Shown here piece by piece: positions 28,628 to 40,783 of a stretch of 64,000 nucleotides of DNA. The notes under the pieces are model-generated. The model saw only the letters and a list, made by a program, of their open reading frames with translations. It made no database searches and had not been told where the DNA came from. How positions within the stretch are numbered: the first letter of the stretch is position 1; each line of letters starts with the position of its first letter. Source of the DNA: an uncultured Lachnospiraceae bacterium (GTDB taxonomy: Bacteria; Bacillota; Clostridia; Lachnospirales; Lachnospiraceae); assembly GCA_900315945.1 (NCBI GenBank), contig ONAZ01000007.1:13227-77226 (forward strand). Reading direction: 5' to 3'. The translations under genes were made by a program, and so were the position numbers.

Positions 28628-29383
28628 CTAATGACCTGCACGCTCAACTTCCAACATAACCATTGCCACTGTTGTGATGGCTGCTGTGTCGGTTCTAAGT
28701 ATTCGCTTTCCTAAGGAAATAATCTTACTATTATCCAACTTATCTAACGCTTCAATTTCATTAGAATCAAATCCACCTTCTGGACCGATAAATATTGAAA
28801 TAGTATGATTATCATTTAACTTAGTCAATACATCAGTTGTTGCTTCCATACCATTTTTGTTCTCATAGGGAACAATTATTATATCAGAACCTTTTGCATA
28901 TTCTATAGCTTCTGCAAAGCTCATAACATTACTTACAGTTGGTATAACAGATCTCTTAGATTGCTTTGCTGCTGAATTTGCGATACTTCTGTATCTTTCA
29001 GTTCTTTTAATCTTTTTCTTATCATCTAGTTTTACTACACAATACTTCATTTCAACGGGGACAATTTCAAATACACCAAGCTCAGTGCATTTCTCAATAA
29101 TTGTCTCCATTCTATCCCCTTTAGGAATAGCCTGATATAACCTGATTCTGCAAGGCAATTCAGTAGTCGGTACGTTTTCAACAATTGACAGCTCTAGCTG
29201 GTTATCTTCTACGTTACTAACTTTACATAGATAGTTTTCTTCAGAGCTTGTACTGACTCTTACCTTTTCACCAGGCTTGATTCTACATACTTTAATAAGA
29301 TGCTTTGCATCATCACCTTCAACACTAATTGTATTCTCGTCAATCTGACTATTATTTATAAATATTTGTTGCATACAATGCAC
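28628..29383 (-). CDS. rsmE: 16S rRNA (uracil1498-N3)-methyltransferase RsmE
   Basis: PUA-like N-terminus, SPOUT C-terminus (FIGPEGGF) and conserved position after prmA. Confidence 0.85.
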   Translation of the reverse strand: MHCMQQIFINNSQIDENTISVEGDDAKHLIKVCRIKPGEKVRVSTSSEENYLCKVSNVEDNQLELSIVENVPTTELPCRIRLYQAIPKGDRMETIIEKCTELGVFEIVPVEMKYCVVKLDDKKKIKRTERYRSIANSAAKQSKRSVIPTVSNVMSFAEAIEYAKGSDIIIVPYENKNGMEATTDVLTKLNDNHTISIFIGPEGGFDSNEIEALDKLDNSKIISLGKRILRTDTAAITTVAMVMLEVERAGH

Positions 29384-29396
29384 CTTTGTTCCATTC

Positions 29397-30353
29397 TCAT
29401 TCTTTTATTGCCGTAATATTAACCCATTCTCCCAGATGATTAATTTCAATAACCTTGAAGCCAACATTTTGCAGGGAAGTCTTAACTTCTTCTTCTTTAA
29501 AATCAATTATTCCAGAAGTAATAAGAAGTCCGCCTTTCTTAATTACCATAGATATAACAGATGACATCTCTATTATTATATCAGCCAGGATATTAGCAAC
29601 TACTATATCATATTGCTCATATCCTACTTTTTCTTGTAATTCTTTGTCTTCTGTTATGTCCCCTATGTAAAATGTTGCTTTATTAGTATCAAGATTATTG
29701 ACCTTGAAGTTAGAATAAGCAGCATCCACACAATTAGGGTCAATATCTGTACCCGACACTTGACTAGCACCATATAAAAGGGCAACCATAGACAAAATTC
29801 CACTGCCAAATCCCAGGTCTAATACTTCATCTCCACTATGTAAATTTTTCTGCAATCCTTCTATACATAGTTTAGTGGTTTCATGAGCCCCTGTACCAAA
29901 TGTAATTCCAGGATCAATAGATATGCATTTCTCTACTCCCTTGGGAGTATCTACTTGTTCCCAGGTAGGACTTATTAATAAATCTCCCACCTGAAAAGCA
30001 TGAAAATATTCTTTCCATTTGTTAAGATAGTCTTCATCTTCTAAGACTTCTTCCTTAATAGTACCTTCTCCAATATCAGAATAGCTACCTATATCTTCTA
30101 TAACCGACTTCACCTTATTAATCAGATTATCATCTTTTGTTTCCAAGTAGAATATAATCTTACAAAGCCCCTTATCTATCGGCATATCAGGCTGTAATTC
30201 TTCGTAGTCTATGCCCTGAATTTCATCATGAACAGGAATATTATCTTCTATTTCTAATGCTGTCAAGCCAAGATTGGTAAGTTCATAACATATATCATCA
30301 CATGCTGATGTAGTTGTATTTATAGTATATTTTATATATTTCATATCTTTCAT
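29397..30353 (-). CDS. prmA: ribosomal protein L11 methyltransferase PrmA
   Basis: PrmA fold with the VLDLGFGSGILS SAM motif. Its start overlaps the upstream amidase stop (TAATG). Confidence 0.88.
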   Translation of the reverse strand: MKDMKYIKYTINTTTSACDDICYELTNLGLTALEIEDNIPVHDEIQGIDYEELQPDMPIDKGLCKIIFYLETKDDNLINKVKSVIEDIGSYSDIGEGTIKEEVLEDEDYLNKWKEYFHAFQVGDLLISPTWEQVDTPKGVEKCISIDPGITFGTGAHETTKLCIEGLQKNLHSGDEVLDLGFGSGILSMVALLYGASQVSGTDIDPNCVDAAYSNFKVNNLDTNKATFYIGDITEDKELQEKVGYEQYDIVVANILADIIIEMSSVISMVIKKGGLLITSGIIDFKEEEVKTSLQNVGFKVIEINHLGEWVNITAIKE

Positions 30354-31168
30354 TAATTTCCTGAAATAAATCTATCTACTCCATTAGCAATTCCATTTAC
30401 AATCTTCCATTGATAGTCATCACTAGCCATAAGTCTATCCTCGTTAGGATTAGACATATATCCCATTTCAAGTAGAGTAACAGGCACTTTACTCCAATTA
30501 TTACCTGTCATAGAATCAGTCTCCCATACCCATTCTCTCCTGGCGCCTGTTGCACTTACAACTTCATCTAGCACATCTACAGATAGTCGTTTGCTATCAC
30601 TGTAAATATTAGCATTATATGAATTAGAAGAGGTCTGACATATTGTCATTACACCACTTACACTTGAACTATCCACACTGTTAGCATGAATTCTGAGGAA
30701 TGCATCAGCATTTGCATTATTAGCAATCTCTGCTCTCTCTATGCAACTTATTTCGCCCTCATTTTGTGTTCTAGTTAGAATAACATTATATCCACGTTTC
30801 TCTAATTCTTCTTTGAGTTTGTTAGATACCTGCAATGTTAACTCATATTCTCTAAGTCCTGTAACAACACCAGTTGCTCCACTTGTATCTTTTTGCTTTC
30901 TTTCACTTGCTCCTGGTCCAACAGGTTCAGTTTCTGAAGAATCTTTTGTCTGATGGCCTGGATCAATTACTATTGTATGACCATTTGTTGTGGGCTGAGG
31001 CTCTTCTACAACAGGAGTTTCCATAGGTGTTGTATTTTCTACTGAAGTATTAGCAGTTTTATTTTTTGCATCATTCTTCATATCATCCTTCCCAAAATCA
31101 AATATACATCCAGTAAGACATGCAACGCTAATTAATAATGTAATTAAAAGTAACGCTCTCTTCTTCAT
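30353..31168 (-). CDS. N-acetylmuramoyl-L-alanine amidase (Amidase_3 family) lipoprotein
   Basis: Lipobox LTGC, VIDPGH and LRIHANS Amidase_3 zinc-ligand motifs. Confidence 0.75.
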   Translation of the reverse strand: MKKRALLLITLLISVACLTGCIFDFGKDDMKNDAKNKTANTSVENTTPMETPVVEEPQPTTNGHTIVIDPGHQTKDSSETEPVGPGASERKQKDTSGATGVVTGLREYELTLQVSNKLKEELEKRGYNVILTRTQNEGEISCIERAEIANNANADAFLRIHANSVDSSSVSGVMTICQTSSNSYNANIYSDSKRLSVDVLDEVVSATGARREWVWETDSMTGNNWSKVPVTLLEMGYMSNPNEDRLMASDDYQWKIVNGIANGVDRFISGN

Positions 31169-31231
31169 TTATAACACTCTCCAAGCTATATACGTAACTT
31201 TTACACAATCCGTAATATTATAACACATTAT

Positions 31232-31279
31232 GCCAATTATATGTGATATAAAAACGCCAATTATATGTCATATAAAAAT
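31232..31279. promoter_or_regulatory. two tandem 24 bp direct repeats each containing a (near-)palindrome TATATGT(C/G)ATATA; candidate operator in the divergent promoter region of the SPFH operon
   Basis: GCCAATTATATGTGATATAAAAAC followed by GCCAATTATATGTCATATAAAAAT, located 70-115 bp upstream of the SPFH gene ATG. Confidence 0.35.
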
Positions 31280-31348
31280 ATGTAGAAAATACCCCCTAAA
31301 TATCTTATAATTATTACTATATTTTTATGTTCGAAAGGAGAAATAATT

Positions 31349-32653
31349 ATGGGATTAATTAAAGCTGCAATGGGCGCTGCAGGCGGAACACTTGCAGATC
31401 AATGGAAAGAATTCTTCTATTGTGATGCAATGGATAAGGAAGTTATGGTTGTCAAAGGCCAAAAGAGAACATCTGGAAGGTCTTCTAACACAAAAGGGAA
31501 TGACAATATTATTTCTAATGGTTCTGGAATTGCTGTAGCCGATGGTCAATGTATGATTATTGTCGAGCAGGGCAAAGTCGTTGAAATTTGCGCAGAGCCT
31601 GGTGAATTTACATTCGACTCATCAACTGAACCAACAGTATTTTCAGGTGATCTGGGAGATAGTATTATTGAAACCTTCAGAGTTATGGGTAAACGTTTTA
31701 CCTATGGCGGAGATACCGGCAAAGACCAAAGAGTGTATTACTTTAACACAAAGGAATTAATGGATAACAAATTCGGAACACCTAATCCAATTCCATTTAG
31801 AGTACTTGATTCTAAGGTAAATCTTGACCTTGATACATCAGTTAGATGTTCTGGTGTATATTCATATAAAATTGTAGATCCAATTCGTTTCTATACTAAC
31901 GTATGTGGAAATGTTGCAGAAGAATATAGACGTGAAGAAATCGAATCACAACTTAAGACCGAATTCATAGATGCTCTTCAACCTGCATTTGGTGAGTTAT
32001 CTAACCTTGAAATTCGTCCTAACCAAATTGTATCTCACAACAAAGAACTTAAAGATGCTGTTAATACTGCATTAAAAGATGATTGGCTTGAGAAACGTGG
32101 TCTTGAGATAATTAGTATCGCAATTGGCTCTGTATCACTTCCAGATGAAGATGCAGAATACATTAAGCAGGCACAACGTTCTCGTGCATTCTCTGATCCT
32201 GGTATGGGTGCAGGACTTGGTGCTATAGCTGGTGCAGATGCAATGAAAGCTGCCGCTTCTAACGAAGGTGGCGCAATGAATGGATTTGTAGGAATGGGTA
32301 TGGCAATGAATGCTAATCAGATGAACACTGCTAATACTGCTAACCTATATGCTATGAATCAGCAGAATCAACAGATGCAACAACAACAAATGCAACAACA
32401 GGCAGCTCCTGCTGGAAATGCCTGGACATGTAATTGCGGCACTCAGGTAACAGGCAACTTCTGCCCTAACTGCGGTTCTAAGAAGCCTGAGCCACAAGGT
32501 GCATGGACTTGTCAGTGTGGTACACAGGTAACTGGCAATTTCTGCCCTAACTGCGGCGCTAAGAAGCCTGAAGCACAGGGTGCATGGACTTGTCAGTGTG
32601 GTACATCTAATACAGGTAAATTCTGTAGTAACTGTGGCTCACCAAGACCATAA
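31349..32653 (+). CDS. SPFH/Band-7 (Band_7_1, YdjI-like) domain protein with Q/M-rich linker and three C-terminal zinc-ribbon repeats
   Basis: N-terminus MGLIKAAMGAAGGTLADQWKEFF is typical of YdjI-like SPFH proteins. The C-terminus carries 3x AWTCxCGTxxTGxFCxNCGxKKP. AAAGGAG RBS. Confidence 0.75.
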   Translation: MGLIKAAMGAAGGTLADQWKEFFYCDAMDKEVMVVKGQKRTSGRSSNTKGNDNIISNGSGIAVADGQCMIIVEQGKVVEICAEPGEFTFDSSTEPTVFSGDLGDSIIETFRVMGKRFTYGGDTGKDQRVYYFNTKELMDNKFGTPNPIPFRVLDSKVNLDLDTSVRCSGVYSYKIVDPIRFYTNVCGNVAEEYRREEIESQLKTEFIDALQPAFGELSNLEIRPNQIVSHNKELKDAVNTALKDDWLEKRGLEIISIAIGSVSLPDEDAEYIKQAQRSRAFSDPGMGAGLGAIAGADAMKAAASNEGGAMNGFVGMGMAMNANQMNTANTANLYAMNQQNQQMQQQQMQQQAAPAGNAWTCNCGTQVTGNFCPNCGSKKPEPQGAWTCQCGTQVTGNFCPNCGAKKPEAQGAWTCQCGTSNTGKFCSNCGSPRP

Positions 32654-32694
32654 TACTCATTAATATAGTTGTAATGATATGAAAGGAGAAAAAT

Positions 32695-33780
32695 ATGGCT
32701 GATTTAAACGAATATAAATGCCCCAACTGTGGTGGTGCGTTGAATTTCGATTCAGGAATACAGAAAATGAAATGTCCGTTTTGTGACTGTGAATTCGAAA
32801 TGGACGACTTAAAAGCATTAGATGAAGAATTAAAAAACGTCAATGCAGATGACGAATTCAAATGGGACGGTGCAGATGGCGAAAAATGGTCTGAAGCAGA
32901 GACTGAACACATGAAGGTATATGTATGTCAATCCTGCGGCGGAGAAATTGTTGGTGATGAAAATACAGGTGCAACAAGCTGTCCTTACTGCGACAACCCT
33001 GTTGTTATCAAAGGTTCCTTTGCTGGAGACTTGAAGCCAGATTATATTATTCCATTTAAACTTGATAAAAAAGCAGCTAAGGAAGGTCTTAACAATCATT
33101 TACTTAAGAAATTCTTCCTGCCTAAGATCTTCAAAGACCAGAATCACATTGATGAAGTAAAAGGTATCTACGTACCATTCTGGCTATTCGATACTGATGT
33201 AGACGGTCAGGTTAATTACAAAACCACTACTGTTCGTCACTGGTCTGACAGTAATTATGATTACACAGAGACAAGTTATTATAGTGTATATCGCGCAGGA
33301 AAGCTTGGTTTCGACAGAATACCTGTTGATGGTTCAACACAAATGCCTGATGATCTTATGGAATCCATCGAACCATTCGACTTTGTTGGAGGTGCCAAAG
33401 AATTCCAGACTGCATATATGGCAGGCTATCTGGCAGATCGATATGACGTTGATGATAAGCAAAGCATTAATAGAGCTAACGAACGAGTTAAGGCTTCAAC
33501 AGAAGAAGAATTTGAGAAAACTGTAACGGGTTATTCAACTGTTCAGGTTGAGAATAGTAACATTCGAACATATAACGGCAAGACAAGTTATGCTATGTAT
33601 CCTGTATGGATTCTTAATACCACATATAAGAACGAGCACTATCTATTCGCCATGAATGGACAGACAGGTAAATTCGTAGGAAATCTACCTACAGACTGGG
33701 GTAAATTCTGGGCAACACTTGGATTATTATCTCTGGGTCTATCAGGCATTGCATTACTAATACAGTATTTAATCTATTAA
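32695..33780 (+). CDS. zinc-ribbon protein (two N-terminal CxxC...CxxC ribbons) with a C-terminal TM anchor (YdjG-like)
   Basis: YKCPNCGG...KCPFCDC and YVCQSCGG...CPYCDN, plus a C-terminal hydrophobic helix. Sits immediately after the SPFH gene. Confidence 0.65.
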   Translation: MADLNEYKCPNCGGALNFDSGIQKMKCPFCDCEFEMDDLKALDEELKNVNADDEFKWDGADGEKWSEAETEHMKVYVCQSCGGEIVGDENTGATSCPYCDNPVVIKGSFAGDLKPDYIIPFKLDKKAAKEGLNNHLLKKFFLPKIFKDQNHIDEVKGIYVPFWLFDTDVDGQVNYKTTTVRHWSDSNYDYTETSYYSVYRAGKLGFDRIPVDGSTQMPDDLMESIEPFDFVGGAKEFQTAYMAGYLADRYDVDDKQSINRANERVKASTEEEFEKTVTGYSTVQVENSNIRTYNGKTSYAMYPVWILNTTYKNEHYLFAMNGQTGKFVGNLPTDWGKFWATLGLLSLGLSGIALLIQYLIY

Positions 33781-33796
33781 GGAGGTGTATATTAAG

Positions 33797-34627
33797 ATGA
33801 GAAAATCAATGAAAAAATCAATCATACTTGCTATGTTGGCAGTACTCACTATTACATTTTCAATTCCAGTATGCGCCGCAGAAACAACTAATAACGCTCC
33901 AGCTACAACAGCAAATACAACAAGCGGTACTGTTCTTCTAGATGACAAAGCAGGGCTCCTTAAAGGAAGCGAGCCTCAGCAGTTACTAGAGACACTTGAA
34001 GTTGATTCTTCTAATAGCGACTGCAACATTGTTGTTCTTACAACAAATCAGGGTTTATCAGAAAGTGCCATTCAATCATATGCTGATAATTATTATAGAA
34101 CAAACGTACAGGATAAAACGCAATCAAACTTCTGCATTACTTTAACAGTTGACATTTCATCAAGAAAAGTTGATGTTGGCACATATAATCCTGGAAGTAA
34201 AAGAAATCTTAATGACAAAGCAAAAGATGAATTAAGAGAATATGTTACAAGTGATTTATCAGATGGAAAATACTATAAAGCATTTACAAAATATTCAAAT
34301 AGAGCCTCAGAAATGGCTGTAAGCATTAATGAAGACGGCTCAAGAAATAAAGCAGCATTTCCATGGGTAAAAAGAATTATTATATCACTTGTAATTGGTG
34401 TTATCTTAGCAGTACTTATATGTATAATAATCAGAGCACAGCTTAAGAGTGTTGCAATGAAGACAAATGCAACTGATTACGTAAGAGAAGGTTCACTTAA
34501 CATAACATCACAAAGCGACAGATTCCTATACAGTAATGTCACAAAAACCGCCAAACCTAAGAACAATTCTTCTGGTGGCGGATATGGTGGTGGAAGCTCA
34601 GGAAGCCACTCAACAGGAAGCTTCTAA
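33797..34627 (+). CDS. TPM-domain (TLP18.3/Psb32/MOLO-1) membrane protein (YdjH-like)
   Basis: Signal peptide, a TPM-like domain, a TM helix and a glycine-rich tail GGGYGGGSSGSHSTGSF. The track start is GTG inside the SD; reset to ATG MRKSMKK after TAAGGAGGTG. Confidence 0.7.
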   Translation: MRKSMKKSIILAMLAVLTITFSIPVCAAETTNNAPATTANTTSGTVLLDDKAGLLKGSEPQQLLETLEVDSSNSDCNIVVLTTNQGLSESAIQSYADNYYRTNVQDKTQSNFCITLTVDISSRKVDVGTYNPGSKRNLNDKAKDELREYVTSDLSDGKYYKAFTKYSNRASEMAVSINEDGSRNKAAFPWVKRIIISLVIGVILAVLICIIIRAQLKSVAMKTNATDYVREGSLNITSQSDRFLYSNVTKTAKPKNNSSGGGYGGGSSGSHSTGSF

Positions 34628-34663
34628 ACCTTTAGTAATTAGATATATAATGGTAACATGTAA

Positions 34664-34692
34664 ATAACCCCGCCAACATGGCGGGGTTGTAT
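34664..34692. terminator. bidirectional terminator hairpin between convergent genes
   Basis: AACCCCGCC-aacat-GGCGGGGTT with T-rich flanks on both strands. Confidence 0.55.
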
Positions 34693-34728
34693 TATAATAT
34701 CCTGTATTATATGCAATAATCAATAGTC

Positions 34729-37359
34729 TTATATTACATTTCTCAATATATCATTTGTCTTAGGAACATTAGCTACTTTGTTACCATAAGCATTAGGTAC
34801 AAGTCCACCTGATTCTGCAATTGTAACTACTATATAGCCAGGACTCGTATCTTTATGATGAACATCTCCTACGCCCTTATACCATACATAATAAGTTCCA
34901 GGATTTGTTCCTTTAGGAATCTCAAGTGAATACTTATCATCATCAGGCTTTATATACTCACTATCACTTAATGCATAATACACATCACTATTAGTGATAT
35001 ATCCTGGTAGCACAAGGTCTTGCGCCTGTCCGTTATACACAAGATAATTAGCAATTGGTGCAAGTACTACTACATCTTCATCCTTATCCAAAGCATTTCC
35101 AGCCTTGCCATAAGCGATACAAAGTTCAGTATAATGTGCAAATGGAATTCTATTAATATTTCCAATAAGGGTAGCAAGATTATTAATATTATATTTCGTG
35201 TCAAATGTACTATCATTATCAAATAATACATCCATTATTACAATTCGCATTTCTGAGATATTACCTTTTGCTTGTTCAATATGCCCATTTAGCATATTTT
35301 GGTAATCTTCATTATATAATCTTTTGTTAACTATTATCTCATTTGCTTTTTTACGAATTACTTCAAGTGCATCTGCAAATTCTCCATCAGCGGCATCTGC
35401 TAAAGTTGCATATGATGCTGTTCCTCCTGTATCAGGGTCTTTGTATTTCATCATTACCTTTAGCATCGCAGCTACAAAGTCTTTGTAAGAGCCATTTCCC
35501 TTATCAATAGCCGCATTAATCAAATTCATATCATCATCAAATAATGACATAAGGGAAGTCAAACCATATAAAATCTTTCTAACTTCAACAGGATTTCTTA
35601 GACTCTTTGTTTCATGAGCCTTAGAAGAAGGATCTGCACCAGAGGCACATGCACATAGAAAAGCAAGTGCAATATCTCCCATAGGCACATTCGTAGGATC
35701 AAATCCCGGTTCATTAGAACCAGGATAATAATCCTTCAATGCTGACTTCGCAATAGACTGATATTTTGTTGGAACAGCCTTAGTTATTAATTCTGATACC
35801 TTTTTAGCTGCTTCTGAATCATTATTGTCGGCAACAAATTTTGCAAGCTTATAAATAAACTGATCAACCGTAAATGTATCAATATCTATATCTTCATCTA
35901 GGGCAAATTCCATTATCTCAAGCAGTGCTATTGCCGCACCTTCCATCTCATTTTGCGCTCTTCCTTCGTCCTTTAGCTTCCTAGCAGCAAAATCAAGATA
36001 GCTAAATAGCATTGGCTGCACAATGAGTGATTCTACCCCCTCTATCTCATCAAAGACTGGTTGCATCATAAAGAATGCAGCAAAATAAGAAGATAAAGCT
36101 TCTTGATAGCCATCATCAACGAATTTTTCTACAGTATCAAAGTGTTGTAACCCCTGTGTTAACCTGTTTTGAATAAAGTATGTCATGCCCTCTTCTCCAC
36201 TTAATCCAGGTGGCACATCTTCCACAGAGAGGTCCGCAATATTAAAGGTTTTCTCATGAAAGTCTGCAGCTGATGATTCTTTCACATATTTCTCATAGAC
36301 ATTTTCATCTAATGCCTTTAACTGTTCTTTCATCATATCTTCAGTTACATCTTCATATTCACAAATATCTCCGTAATAAGTATAACCCCACTGATCAAGA
36401 GGCAAATATGTTACTAAATCATAGGAAAATGGATAATTTCTAATTCCATCAAATATATCATCTACTGGTTCAATAATACCACCACCAGTAAATTGATATG
36501 CTTCTCCAGGCGTATCATAAATGTATACCCCTGATCTGGCACCATCTACACTAAGCACCTCATTATTAGAAGCGTCTTGACGAATAGTTCTAGGAGTAGC
36601 AAAAGTATAACAATACACATCGTCAGGTGTAATTGATACACCATCTCCAAAATAGCTTATTCCACCACCTGCAAAAAATCCACCTAGGACATTAGATACA
36701 GCTCCTCCTCTACTATGACCGGCAATCCACACCTTTAAATTCCCACTTATATTATGTTTATTAATATATTGCTTGGTAAATCTAAGGGCTTCATCTCTTG
36801 CTTCTTTAAAGCCTTTGTGAATATCACCCTTTTTTACATTCATATTACCTGCCCATTCCTGCCTATATCCTGCTGATCTAGGAATGATTGCAAGCAAAGT
36901 ATATGTCTTGCCATTTGCATTAATAGTTCTATGTCCTACAGAAACTCCCACAGAGTCTTCCTGCATTTCATGGGAATACCACTCATTAGCTTCCACATCT
37001 TCAAAGCCCATGTCAGTAAGAAATGCTTTGATATTCTGTGCACCATTAGATGTATCCTGTTCATATTTGTCTTCCCTCTCACCGAATCTATTTCGAGATG
37101 ATATAGCTGCCTGTGCAGATAAGGTAATCAAATGACGACAGCCCTTAGAAGATGGCCTTTCAAAGCACTCATCATGATATTCAAAACTATCTGTGGACTG
37201 CTTATTGCTTCCTTCAAAAGCTGAATATTGATATGTTCCTGTCACGCCTTGGCTATTTGCCTGCGCTGTTCCAAAGAAAGAAGATGCAACAAGCGCTGCA
37301 CAAAGTACCAGACTAATTATTTTCTTATATATACTTTTATCAAAAAAACCTTTACCCAT
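34729..37359 (-). CDS. secreted class-3 (triacylglycerol) lipase-family alpha/beta-hydrolase, 876 aa
   Basis: Signal peptide, the GHSRGG nucleophile elbow (IAGHSRGGAV), a large helical middle region and a beta-rich C-terminus. Confidence 0.7.
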   Translation of the reverse strand: MGKGFFDKSIYKKIISLVLCAALVASSFFGTAQANSQGVTGTYQYSAFEGSNKQSTDSFEYHDECFERPSSKGCRHLITLSAQAAISSRNRFGEREDKYEQDTSNGAQNIKAFLTDMGFEDVEANEWYSHEMQEDSVGVSVGHRTINANGKTYTLLAIIPRSAGYRQEWAGNMNVKKGDIHKGFKEARDEALRFTKQYINKHNISGNLKVWIAGHSRGGAVSNVLGGFFAGGGISYFGDGVSITPDDVYCYTFATPRTIRQDASNNEVLSVDGARSGVYIYDTPGEAYQFTGGGIIEPVDDIFDGIRNYPFSYDLVTYLPLDQWGYTYYGDICEYEDVTEDMMKEQLKALDENVYEKYVKESSAADFHEKTFNIADLSVEDVPPGLSGEEGMTYFIQNRLTQGLQHFDTVEKFVDDGYQEALSSYFAAFFMMQPVFDEIEGVESLIVQPMLFSYLDFAARKLKDEGRAQNEMEGAAIALLEIMEFALDEDIDIDTFTVDQFIYKLAKFVADNNDSEAAKKVSELITKAVPTKYQSIAKSALKDYYPGSNEPGFDPTNVPMGDIALAFLCACASGADPSSKAHETKSLRNPVEVRKILYGLTSLMSLFDDDMNLINAAIDKGNGSYKDFVAAMLKVMMKYKDPDTGGTASYATLADAADGEFADALEVIRKKANEIIVNKRLYNEDYQNMLNGHIEQAKGNISEMRIVIMDVLFDNDSTFDTKYNINNLATLIGNINRIPFAHYTELCIAYGKAGNALDKDEDVVVLAPIANYLVYNGQAQDLVLPGYITNSDVYYALSDSEYIKPDDDKYSLEIPKGTNPGTYYVWYKGVGDVHHKDTSPGYIVVTIAESGGLVPNAYGNKVANVPKTNDILRNVI

Positions 37360-37445
37360 AAATGCCTCTCCTTGCTCACACTATTATTAATATTTTATCA
37401 TATTTCATTGTAATAATTGTGATTTTTTCTCAAAAAACAAAAAAT

Positions 37446-37478
37446 GGCGATTACTACATTATTCATGTAGCAATCGCC
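37446..37478 (-). terminator. rho-independent terminator after dnaJ
   Basis: Minus strand: GGCGATTGCTACAT-gaata-ATGTAGTAATCGCC followed by ATTTTTTGTTTTTTG. Confidence 0.65.
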
Positions 37479-37505
37479 TTACTTTACATATCAATATCCA
37501 ACTTC

Positions 37506-38684
37506 TTACAAATCATCAACTACATCTTTGATTTTACCCATGAAGCCTTTTTTTTTCTTCTCTTGCTTTACTTGTGTTCCGCCAGGCTTTAATGTATTGC
37601 CTGTCTTCTCATCAAATTGGCGAAGAAGTTCTTTTGCTTCAGCACTTAGGCTCGTTGGGGTCTGTACAATTAATGTCACATAATGATCCCCTCTTACGCC
37701 TTTGTTACGAAGTGATGGAATTCCTTTACCCTTAAGTCTGATTCGTGTATCAGTCTGTGTTCCAGCCTTTACTTCATATACAACTTTACCATCTAAAGTA
37801 TCAATCATAACTTCGCCGCCAAGAGTCGCCTGGGCAAATGAGATTGGTGCATTAGAGAATATATCATAGTCACGTCTCTGGAATATTGGATGAGATTTAA
37901 CTCTTACTTCAACAAGCAAGTCTCCTCTAGGGCCTCCGTTAATTCCAGGTTCACCCTTATCTCTAATTCTTACGCTTTGTCCATTATCAATACCTGCTGG
38001 GATAGATACTTGAATTCTCTTCTTAGAAGATACGTAACCTGTTCCCGCACATGCAGGACATTTCTCTTTGATAATCTGACCACTACCATTACAGTCAGGG
38101 CAAGTAGACACATTTTGCATAACTCCAAACAGAGTCTGCTGTGTCATCATAACTTTACCTTTACCATTACATTTTGTACATGTAGTCTTAGAAGTACCTG
38201 GCTTAGCACCACTTCCATTACATGTATTACAAGGATCTTTTAATACAAGTTCAATTTCTTTCTCGCATCCAAATGCTGCTTCTTCAAATGTAATTGTTAT
38301 AGCAGTTCTGATATTCTGGCCTTTCATTGGACCATTAGAACGGCTTCTTCCACCGCCAAATCCAAAACCTCCAAATATATCGCCGAATATATCGCCAAAT
38401 ATATCAGAGAAATCCATATTAGAGAAGTCCATACCAGGACCACCCATAGAACCATCAAAGGCTGCATGACCAAACTTATCATACTGTGCCTTCTTGTCAG
38501 CATCAGATAGAACAGCGTAAGCTTCAGATGCTTCCTTGAATTTCTTCTCTGCCTCAGCATCACCCGGATTTACATCCGGATGATACTTCTTAGCCAGTTT
38601 TCTATATGCAGATTTAATCTCGCTTTCACTAGCGCTTTTACTTACTCCTAGGACTTCATAGTAGTCCCTCTTTGATTCTGCCAT
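37506..38684 (-). CDS. dnaJ: molecular chaperone DnaJ
   Basis: J domain with HPD (KYHPDVNP), a G/F-rich region and a four-CxxCxGxG zinc-finger domain. Confidence 0.95.
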   Translation of the reverse strand: MAESKRDYYEVLGVSKSASESEIKSAYRKLAKKYHPDVNPGDAEAEKKFKEASEAYAVLSDADKKAQYDKFGHAAFDGSMGGPGMDFSNMDFSDIFGDIFGDIFGGFGFGGGRSRSNGPMKGQNIRTAITITFEEAAFGCEKEIELVLKDPCNTCNGSGAKPGTSKTTCTKCNGKGKVMMTQQTLFGVMQNVSTCPDCNGSGQIIKEKCPACAGTGYVSSKKRIQVSIPAGIDNGQSVRIRDKGEPGINGGPRGDLLVEVRVKSHPIFQRRDYDIFSNAPISFAQATLGGEVMIDTLDGKVVYEVKAGTQTDTRIRLKGKGIPSLRNKGVRGDHYVTLIVQTPTSLSAEAKELLRQFDEKTGNTLKPGGTQVKQEKKKKGFMGKIKDVVDDL

Positions 38685-38693
38685 TATTTACTC

Positions 38694-40764
<2,071 letters not shown>

Positions 40765-40783
40765 CTTGGTCTTTATAAAAGAT

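Noticed and set aside
32395-32640. Three ~63 bp direct DNA repeats inside the SPFH gene
   Set aside because: These are coding. They encode the three tandem zinc-ribbon modules (AWTCxCGTQVTGNFCPNCG) and are not a non-coding repeat or CRISPR-like feature.
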